From Planctomycetota bacterium (GTDB taxonomy: Bacteria; Planctomycetota; Phycisphaerae; Sedimentisphaerales; CAYZTY01): DNA of 64,000 bases. Of the stretch, positions 48,800 through 59,100 are shown piece by piece. The stretch's first letter is position 1, and every line of letters begins with the position of its first letter. The notes under the pieces are model-generated. The model was not told the DNA's origin, ran no database searches, and worked only from the letters and a program-made list of their open reading frames with translations. The position numbers and the translations under genes were made by a program. The stretch covers positions 3,603 through 67,602 of the forward strand of contig JBDRHL010000144.1 in the NCBI GenBank assembly GCA_043816955.1, read 5' to 3'.

Positions 48800-50122
48800 A
48801 TGATAGGTTGTCATCTGGGGCGTTTTTTTCAGGTTACCGTCGCAGGCGGTTCATATCAGGACGGGTTATCCGCTATTATCCAGGGCCATCCGCCGGGAAT
48901 GCTGATAACCGAGCAGGAGATATATGGTGATCTGCTTCTGCGGAAGCCCGGTGCAGATGAACTCAGTTCGCCGCGAAAGGAGCCTGACCTGCCGATAATT
49001 TACAGCGGAATAAACTCCGCGGATACGATCGAAGGCGCGGGCAACAAAGACCACACCAACGGAACGCCGCTTACGATTCTGATACCCAACCTCGACAGGC
49101 ATTTCATTCACATCAAGCAGTACCAGGATACGAACCGTACGCCCCGGCCGGGGCACGCATCATATGCATCGTTTATTAAATACGGCCCGGATGATGATGC
49201 TATCGGTGCAGGTATATTCAGCGGCAGGTACACTTCCACAATCGTCGCAGCGGGATATGTAGCCAAGCGGGTTCTCAAGGCAGCGGGAATCGAGGTTTTC
49301 TCGTATGTAAAGGAACTAGCAGGGGTCAGTTGTCCTGCGGTTGAATCCGGAACAGCTTTTAGATACACTGAAAATTACAAGAAGATGCGCCGGGACTTAG
49401 ATCCATTTTATCAGCAGATTTATGTAAGCGGACGGATCAACCGGGACATGCGTTTTCTTGAAAAGATGAAGGTCTTTGCCCAGATCGAGGGTGAAATTGA
49501 TGCCATCCGCGGTCGTGCAGTGACGACAACTTCACAGCAGATACGCGAAAAGTACGGCGTTCATCCCATGCTGAACTGCCCTGATATAGCTGCTGCTGAG
49601 GCGATGGTCGATGCGTGTAAAAAAATCAGTTCAACGGGCGATTCGGCAGGCGGGCTGGTAGAGGTTGTAGTGATGGGTGTGCCGGTTGGACTGGGTGAGC
49701 CGGTTTTCCACAAGCTCGATGCCCAGCTTGGCATGATGCTCGGTATCGGAGCGGTAAAAGGAGTGGAAATCGGAGCGGGTTTTGCAGTAAAGAACATGAC
49801 AGGGTATCAATGCAACGACCAGTTGCGCTGCAAGGCGGGTGAAGTTGTGTTCGAGTCAAACAACGCAGGAGGCATCACGGGGGGCTTGAGCAGCGGGCAG
49901 GATATTATCATCAGACTTGCCATCAAGCCAACCCCGACGATTGACAAACCACAGAAGACGATCGATAAATACACTCTGGAGAACAAACAACTTGCGGCAA
50001 TCACGCGGCGGGACCCTACAGTCGCGGCAAGGGTCTGGCCGGTCGCGGAAAATTTCACCGCTATGATCATACTGGACAATCTTATCGCCCACTACGGCTA
50101 CCAGAGACTCAGGAATGCATAG
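48800..50122 (+). CDS. aroC: Chorismate synthase (divergent, with insertions)
   Basis: RPGHAS..KYG, GDSAGG..EVVV.GVP.GLGEPVF.KLDA, KGVEIG.GF, NNAGGITGG.S.G..I....A.KPT.TI and RRDPTV motifs. Adjacent to aroA. Confidence 0.85.
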   Translation: MIGCHLGRFFQVTVAGGSYQDGLSAIIQGHPPGMLITEQEIYGDLLLRKPGADELSSPRKEPDLPIIYSGINSADTIEGAGNKDHTNGTPLTILIPNLDRHFIHIKQYQDTNRTPRPGHASYASFIKYGPDDDAIGAGIFSGRYTSTIVAAGYVAKRVLKAAGIEVFSYVKELAGVSCPAVESGTAFRYTENYKKMRRDLDPFYQQIYVSGRINRDMRFLEKMKVFAQIEGEIDAIRGRAVTTTSQQIREKYGVHPMLNCPDIAAAEAMVDACKKISSTGDSAGGLVEVVVMGVPVGLGEPVFHKLDAQLGMMLGIGAVKGVEIGAGFAVKNMTGYQCNDQLRCKAGEVVFESNNAGGITGGLSSGQDIIIRLAIKPTPTIDKPQKTIDKYTLENKQLAAITRRDPTVAARVWPVAENFTAMIILDNLIAHYGYQRLRNA

Positions 50123-50125
50123 AAG

Positions 50126-50159
50126 AAAAACCCCGCAGACAGGGAATGCGGGGTTTTTT
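50126..50159. terminator. Bidirectional intrinsic terminator between convergent aroC and the giant gene
   Basis: AAAAA, then CCCCGCA (50131-50137), a 9-nt loop, TGCGGGG (50147-50153) and TTTTTT (50154-50159). Confidence 0.8.
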
Positions 50160-50184
50160 ATTTCACTTCATTTTTGTCGGCCTG

Positions 50185-53100
50185 TTACGGCACATCACTT
50201 TGTACCGGATACCAGCTCGAGGGGGCTGTTATATTGTGATTCGGGGAGGTGTCGCGTACCCAGACTCTGAAGCGGGCGTCGACATAGGGCCCTCCGATCA
50301 TAACAATATAGTAATTATCGGTCTGCCAGCCGCTGCTCAATCCGCCTATATTACACTCGAAACGGTATTCAACATCATACCTGTCGTCAACAGCAGCTTC
50401 GGCAGTCATTTCCGCGCTCCAATCGAACGAACCTGAACCTGGAACCAACCTTAGCTGAATAAGCCGGCTGGGATTCGGCGTCGGGGGTATCAGGTCAGGT
50501 TCTTCCCAGGTCGCAGCAGCACCTATTGGTGACCAGGCTGTTTCGTTGCGGTTGGTCGACAGATCACGAGCCATGACGCGATAAGTGTATGTTGTGCAGG
50601 GATCAAGGCCTATATCCGTATATGCAGCGTTGCTGCTCACCCAGTTATAGTCAACAACCCAGGTGCTTACATTGCAGTCACCAAGGCATCGTTCGAAGAG
50701 ATACTCGACAGGGCTGATGTCATTGGCTTCTGTAGCCTCCATAGTAATCGCTTCATGCGAGATTGCTCCGGGCCAGATCGCCCAGGTCATAGGATCGGGA
50801 GTCGGCGGGTCGTTGTCTGTTGGAACGGGCGCGTTCATGTCACCTGCAATAACATAGCCGACGAAGGACCACCTGGTTTCGGCGCACCTGGCAGGGTCGA
50901 TGACGCCATAGGCATCGGTTTTTACGTCGCGAGCTTTAACCCTGTAGCCATACTCCAGGTCTTTAGTGAGTCCGGTATCTATATAATCCGGGCGATACTG
51001 CCAATCGCTATCGTGGCAGTTGCCGTAGAAGCAATCGAAGTAGTACTGCACGGGATAGCCGCTGTTATCAACGGCTGTGGCTGCAAGCATACCTATCCTG
51101 GTATCATCCAAAGCCCTTGGTGGAACGTTCCACATCATCGGATCGGGCGTCGGAGGCGTCGATTCGACCTCGCCGTAGTTTATCGCAAACATCGCGTAGT
51201 CAATATTGTCAACCTCGCCATCCCGGTTCATGTCGGTACCGTGGCACCAGTCGGGAGTGGCGCAATCCTGCTCAAGCCAGTGGGTGTTGAATATGACCCA
51301 GTCAAGGAAGTCAACTCTTCCGTCAAAGTTGAAATCGCCGACAATATCTGCGCGGCGGACATAATGATAACCAATATCCAGCCTGCCTTTGTCAACCCTC
51401 AGATCGGTCCGGGTTGTGTGTTTGTACATGTCAAGATAGTTGGCATCGCCACTACCCTTATCAATGCAGGGACTGAAGACAGTCTGGTTCGGATCGCCGG
51501 TGTTCGGGTCGCTGAGGAAGTAATCACCCAAAGCATTGCTGACGAATCGCGGATTCCACAAAGATGTACCATGCAGATTGGTAATTTCGTCCCATATCAG
51601 GGTGCAGCCGGTAATCGGATCAATTCCATAAACCGCAACTGCGCCACCCTGAACGTCACTGTATGAAACACTGACCTCAGACGGCAGATGGATAGGTCCA
51701 AAGCCCGTACCCATAGCAATCTGAGCTCCCAGGCCAGCTGAATTGCTCCAGATAATGCTGTCCAGGACAGATGTGTAGGCAGCATAGGAGCAGAACAAGC
51801 CGCCGCCGTAGCCATTGACAAATCCCTCGCTGGTTACGATGTTATCAGCGATTGTACAACTGGATATAGCAGTTTCGCTGTACTGGTTCACCGAGATGCC
51901 GCCGCCGTCGCGGCCTGCTGTGTTATTCGCTATCAGGCAGTTATGCAGCATCACGTCGTTACCGTCATAGATGCACACGCCGCCGCCGGAAGCAAACGCC
52001 ATGTTGTCTGTGATCTCGCAGTCGGCAACACGGGTATCAGTGTTAAACAGATAAAGCGCGCCACCCGATCCCGCATATGCAGGACCGTTGACTTCACCGG
52101 GGCCGTTGGCCTCGTTGTCGATAAAGCTGCTCATACCTATACGAGTCAGAGCTTCTGAGAGATATATTGCACCGCCGCGATAGGCAAAGTTGTCGATGAA
52201 TTCACTGTCGTCGGCATAAAGCTCTGCCTGTTCGGCATATATCGCGCCGCCGATTGTGGCCTGGTTATCGCTGAATACACAGTTTATAAACCTTGGCGAG
52301 GCGCCAGCATCAAAGGCGACAGCTCCGCCGTAGCTTAAATATGGATCATCACTCAGAGCAACAGCAGCACCTTCGTGGTGGGTTGCGGGGCCGTTAATAT
52401 CAGCGGTATTGTCGATAAAGTTGCAATCCGTGAACCTCGGGGAGCTTTGGGCTGCGCAGAATACCGCTCCTCCGAAACGATCTATTCTGTAGTAATTGTC
52501 AACCCAGTTGATCAGCATTGGTTCGCCGGTTTTTCCGCAGACTCCGCCATAGGCGATGTTACCCTGGAAGGTACAATCGATGAAGTTGGGTTCGCTGGCC
52601 CGATCGCAGTACACTCCGCCACCAAGGCCGCTGTACTTCCAGTACTCTTCGAACGGGCCGTAATCCCACCATGAGCCGTTCGGATCGCCCCATGCGCCGC
52701 CATGGCCTCCGTAAGGTCCTCCACCGGCATCGCCCCCCTTGCCGCCATCTGCGCCTTCTGCCCGGCAGTCTATTATCTTGCAGTTGATAAATGCTGGTTT
52801 ACTGTTCGGACTTATATATACAGCACCGCCGTATGCCCTTCCTGGCCAGCCGCCGTCGCCACCGGGTTTTCCCGGACAACCTGCAGCCCCATTGGCGCCG
52901 TTACCCGGATTGACGCCAGTATTTCTGATGACACAGTTTCTTATCGTCGGAGATGCCGGCTGAGCCCACTCCCAGGAGGCAAGCAACCCTGCGTACCATG
53001 ACCAGCCCCACGGCGAGCCGATCTGAAGAGCACCGCCGTATACCGATCCGGCATTATATCCATCAACACCACAGCCTGACGCATCAAGAGGATCAGGGGT

Positions 53101-56100
53101 AAAGTAAGAGAAATCTCTGAGTGTGAAACCATTTATAATCGTATCAGGCCCAACATTAGTAAACTCGATCCGTTCGCGAAGAATGGTTGAAGCAACAACA
53201 CACGGGTCATCAGGATTTGTGCTGGTCAGGGTTATAGCCTTGCCGTCAATCTCGAATTGCAGGTCGCCTGAGGTATACTCACCCGGTGCAACTATAATCG
53301 TATCGCCGTCCATCGCCTCATCAATCGCGCGTTCGATGGAGGTGTAATCACCCGGAACATCGATATCACGCGGCTGACGATACTCAACGGTAACTATCCT
53401 GTCGGTGTGCATGATGAGCCTGTTGGTAAGCTTCGTGGAGCTATCGTCATCGGTGCCGGTCCATCGTTTTACAAGCCAGCCTGCATAGGGCTGCGCTCTG
53501 ACTGTGACAACCGTACCTTTGAAATACTGATCGGGCCAGATCACAGGAGCTGGATCGAATGTTATCGTTCCATGCCCGCCAATTACATATGCGTTAAGCG
53601 AGACAAGCTCAACCTCATCGGTGTCATAATAGTGATAGCCCATATCGACCAAGCCAATGTCGCCGGTGCTGTAGCCAGGGTCGCCGTAGACCAGGCCGTC
53701 CCAGTTGCCTGTGCGCGTGGTGAACCTCTGCAGGGAGACACTACCTGCTGTAACGCTTCCGTTGTCCACCGCCTCGGACTGATTGATCTGGTCGGGCGGC
53801 TGGCTGAGGTAGTAGCTTCCCAGAGGCCCTGATGCAAAGAGCGGATCACTTGCCTTATGGCCGCCGATGGTGGCAGCATTGAGGGCAGCAAGTTCAGCGA
53901 GATTTGGCGAAGTCGGGTTGTTCGCATCATATGTCCGGAAATTTCTGGCCAGAGAAGCCTTGTAGAAATCACCATGATAATTCTGATAAAACAGCGAATG
54001 TCCCAGCGTTATCCTACCCGGAGTGCTTTCATAGACCGCGATTCTGTTGGACTGGTGGAAAATACAATCGGTGATTTGAGCAGAGGATGTCCAGTCGGTG
54101 AATATGGCGCCGCCGGTGCCGGTGATCTGTTCTATGCTGCTGTCGCTGAAAGTACAGTTACTTATTTTCGGATTCGAGGCAACATACGCGGCGATGGCAC
54201 CACCGTTCTGAGTGGCGTAATTACCTGTAAACAAGCAGTTTTTAATTACCGGTGCTCCGTCACAATTGGTGAGGTAAATCGCACCGCCAACAGCCTGCAG
54301 GCCGGATGCCTCGTTGTTGTTTATGCTGCAATGCTGTATTGTGAGGGACGTATCGACGCAGGTCATTGCGCCGCCGTGACTATTATCACCGGTTGACTTA
54401 TTGCCGCTGATATCACCGGTATCAAACATGACTGTGCTGTCTATAAAGTGCAAGGCCCCGGTCAGTTCAGCATGATTATTCATTACATAGCAGTCGTTAA
54501 ATCCGACTGAGACATTTTTGAAATATACCGCTCCGCCGCGGGTCGCGTTGTTGTCGGCGATAGCGCAACTGTCGAGATTCAGTTCGAGTAAAGTCAGATT
54601 GGCATCGGCATGGACAGCTCCACCATAGCCGGCGGCTGCGTTACCATAGAAAGCGCATTCAACAAGCTCAACATCGCTGTCGGTATCCAAACCGCCGCCG
54701 TCAAGATCAGTTGAGTTTCTAGTGAAAACACAATTATTCAGAACAGCATTGGAATCAGGACCAATATAGACACCTCCACCCTCGTATGCAGCGCTGTTGC
54801 CAATAAAGCCGCAGTTTTCGAATACAGCATTAGTATCACCGGCACAGTATACGCCGCCGCCGAGGTTTTCAACAAAATTGCAATCGGTAATCGTAAGTGC
54901 CATGCTATTAACGTCACTGTAAATACCACCACCCTGATGGTAATACTCCGGATAAATCGGATACCCGCCCCATGCGAATGATTTGGGCGTTATGTGTCCA
55001 TAGTATTGATCATATGCGCCATTACCGACAAACGTAGTGCCTGTGATATTGACAGTACAAATCCCGCTGTGCCAAATTCCACCGCCGAAGCCTGAGCCGA
55101 AGCTGAAACCATTCGGTGCATAGTTACCGAAAATGGGAGGGGTTATGGCAGGGCCCAATCCCCGGCGCCCACCGATGCCGGCAAGGCCGCCTGTCGCCTT
55201 GTTTTCGTTAAAGATGCAGTTGGTGATCCTTGGGCAGGCCTTTGGCGCATAATAAACAGCACCGCCATAGCCATAGCCGAGACCGTCACCACCATTGCCG
55301 CCGCGGCCTTCAGTACCGGTAAGACCCAGTTCCAGCGGGCTTCCGCCCCATCCGCCATTACCGCCTGCGCCACCGCTGGCGCGGTTCTCGATGAAGGTGC
55401 ATTCGCTGATAACCGGGCTGCAGTTAACATCGCAGAAGATTCCACCGCCGAAGCCATCGCCGAGTCCGTCGCCGCCGCGTCCGCCTGGGAGTCCGTTGTT
55501 ACTGGCGTCAATCCAAGTGATACCGCCGCCGCCATGGCCACCCTGAGCGCCGGTAACGACGCAATTCTTGATTACGCACTTGATAATCGAGGGACTGCTG
55601 TTGTTTGTGATGTATATACCGCCGCCATAGGCGTCACCAACCACCTCGACACCGTTCATATCGTTGACATCGATGTTTCCATTGGGATCAATATTTTCAT
55701 CGCCGCCGTACTCACCGCAGACATAGCCGTTCATTATAGTAAGGCCGAGCAGGACGGTATTGGCGTCTTCGCCGCTTTGGAAGATAAACGCGCGGTGGTT
55801 GTCAATCTCGGTGCCGGCGCAGTCGATTACCGTCGAGGCTACGATGTTCGGCTCGTTGGGGTTCATGCCTGTTATTGTGATCGACTTACCTTCCAGGTCG
55901 ATATCCACATTATCCTGGCCGGTGTAAACACCGGGCATGATCCAAACGGTATCTCCGAAGCTGGCTGCATTGACGCCTTCGCCAATGGTCTCATATTCCT
56001 GGCCCGGTCCAACGGTAATAGGACCTGCCACATAGAACTCAACGCGGACGGTCTTGTCGGTATCCATTGTCACTTCGTTTGTAACAGCGCCCCAGGCAGG

Positions 56101-59100
56101 CTGCCTGTCCGTGCCGTACCATCTCTTGAGCCTATAACCCGGCGCGGCGGTTGCGGAAAGCTTAACCACCATGTCCTGCAGAAATACCCCGTTGTGATCA
56201 TCGGGCGGATCGGTTGTGACGGTTCCCTGCCCGATGATTTCAATCGTCAGCCTGCGTGAAACCTTGACAAAGTCAATCGTGACGGTCTTATCCATGTCCA
56301 TAAGCGCAACGTTGGTGCTGTTGACATTGTTAGGCTCAGGCAGACGGTCCCTGATTGTGCCGGCCCAGCGGGTCTGGAAACCGTACGGCGGAGGAGGAAT
56401 AACGCTTATCGGCACCATCGTGTATATGTTGTACAAGCCGTCGTTGGGGTCAAAAGGATCAATATCCGGAATAACGTTCGGCTCATAGTTCGGCAGAATA
56501 TTTGCATCCACATGAAGCTCGATCGTCAGCCTGTATTTCGGCAGGTCGAACAGCGGCTGATGATGATAACCAAGGTCCACATAATTTACGTCAAGCTGGC
56601 CATCGGTTCGGGTCGTATACGTTGCCAGGTTGATGTCCACAGCAAGGTCGCGTCCCATATCGATGCAGTTGCTGTCATACAACTGGCCTGCATCTATATG
56701 ACTGAGGTAATAAGGCCCGACAAAACAGGGGTCGTCATCGATAATATGACTGCCCGGAGCCCAGCCGGTGTTCGGGTCCCAGTTGATGACACAGTTCGGC
56801 TCAACATGAATCGGCTCAGAAGTCTTGAGCAGGGTGATTGCTGCGCCGAGATTCACACGGGGCTTTGTTATATCAACCTTGGTATCCGTTACCGGATCGC
56901 CTGTCAGAATGAGGAGGTTTCTGGCCGCATCAGGTGAAAGATATACACCCATCTCCTGGTAAGCAGCAGACTGAAGGTCAAGAACAGCGCCTGCCGCAAA
57001 GGGACATGCCGAGGATGTTCCATTGAAATTAGGCCAGTAATCGCCGGAGGCATAGCCGGCGGGTCCTGCAATATCCAGGGTATACATAGGATCAGCGGGC
57101 GCAAGAATATCGAGAATGTCGGCTGTATTCGAATAGTCTGTAACCATGTCGGTGGTATCATAAACAGCGCCAACTGATATGATATTGGACATTGCCGCGG
57201 GCCAACTTATGCCATCACCGGCAAAGCCGTCATTGCCTGAAGCAGCCAGGACAGCAATTCCTGCGTCAACAAGTTTTTGAACAGTCACGGCAGCAGCGGG
57301 AAATACCGCGTCGGCAAAAGCCGGATCATCGAAAGGAAAATAAGGTATCCCCCAACTGTTGCTGACCACCTTGAGCGGATAAGCGGCGTTATCATTACGA
57401 TGTTTCAGGCACCAGTCCCAGGCGGCTATACCTGCATCGGTGTACATATCGCCATTTACATCGGAAATCCTCAATGCGTATATCCCGGCGTTATATGCCA
57501 CGCCGCCGATGTAATCCTGGAATTTATACAGTTGACCCGCCGCGATACCGGCACAGGCGGTGCCATGAGCTTCATACGGCGGGTAAGGTTCACCCGGCAT
57601 CGGGTCGTTATCGTCATTGCCGAAGTCGTAGCCCCCGATAACCTTATTATTGGGGAAGCCGCCGCCGCCCAGCCGGGGGTGAGTATAATCAACACCTGTA
57701 TCAACTATTGCGATTGCCAGCCCCTGGCCGTTATATGTAGTGCGGGCAATAAGCGCATTGGCGAGTGGAATCGCCTGAGCTAACATCGGATGAACCTCTC
57801 TAACAGGTTCCACATACGCCACAGCGGGATTTGCCAGGAGCGAGGCCAGGCCGGCCTGAGTGACCTCACCGGAAAATACCGCGGAATTTTCCAACTGATG
57901 CCGCACGGTAAATTGTGCCGGACTGAGGGTTGAAAGCACTGAAGCCTGCAGGTCCGCCACATCCTGTCGCATAACACTGACAGAGGATGCCGAAGCCCAG
58001 TTGACCATCGTCGAACTATACGGCTGAACAAGTGTTGCAATAACCTTGACCCATTGTGCGCCCGCGTTGAACTGATCGTATATCGTATCGCCGTCAATCA
58101 GAACGGCGGTGCCTGTGGGGCGGGGAAGAGTACTACCGATGCCCGGCAGGAGGGAGTTAAAGTCCAGTCCCTTCTGCATATCCACATCACTGTGAGTAAT
58201 ACTGAGTTTGGAAGGTATCGAGAAATACTCATTACCGTTATCAAGCGCAATCTGCGAACCGTAGATACCGTTGTTGCCCCAGATAATTGAATTGATGATT
58301 TCGTTATCACTGCCGTATGCGGCGAAAAAGCCGCCGCCGTAGGAATCAAGGCCATATACCCTGTTGTCAGCAATTGTGCAGTTCTCAATATTCGGTTTGG
58401 CGTACCAGTTGGAGGAAATTCCGCCGCCGTCAACGTGGGCAGTGTTTTTGGTGACGAGACAATTTTTCAGGGTAATTGCGCCATCGAGCGGTGTAAGCGC
58501 ATCACCGCTGAGATAGATGCCGCCGCCGGAGCCGATACTGCGGTTGCCTGTTACGGTGCAGTCGGAAATCACCGCATCGGATGAGGCGCTGTAAAGGCCG
58601 CCGCCAAAACCATAAATTCTGTTAGGCTCGTTGAAGTTAGAGTCTGCAATGTTGTCGCTGAAGATACAGCCTGTGATTTTGATAGTGCTGCGGACAGAAT
58701 ACATACCGCCGCCGAGAAAGGCACTATTTTCACCGAAGTTGCTATCAACAATGTTTATATCACTGACCGATATTGCCCTGACTCCACCACCTACAGGAGC
58801 AAAGTTGCCGATGAAATTGCAGTCATTGACCTCGACAAATGTTGTTGCCGGCGGGAGATTCCTGCCGTCAAAGCACATACCGCCGCCATAGCCTGTATAC
58901 TCATCGCCTGTAAACAACTCGTTCGGATCGTGGGTAGTCTGGTTATTCATTGTTCTGCAGCGTATAAAACGCCCGGTTGAAGCGGGGCCTGTATAGATAC
59001 CTCCTCCGGCACTGGGAATTCTATAGTTCTTTCGAGGCGGCGCCTGGCGACCGAAAGCGGGCCAGCCGCCCTGGCCGCTGATGCTGCCCTGAACATGGCT

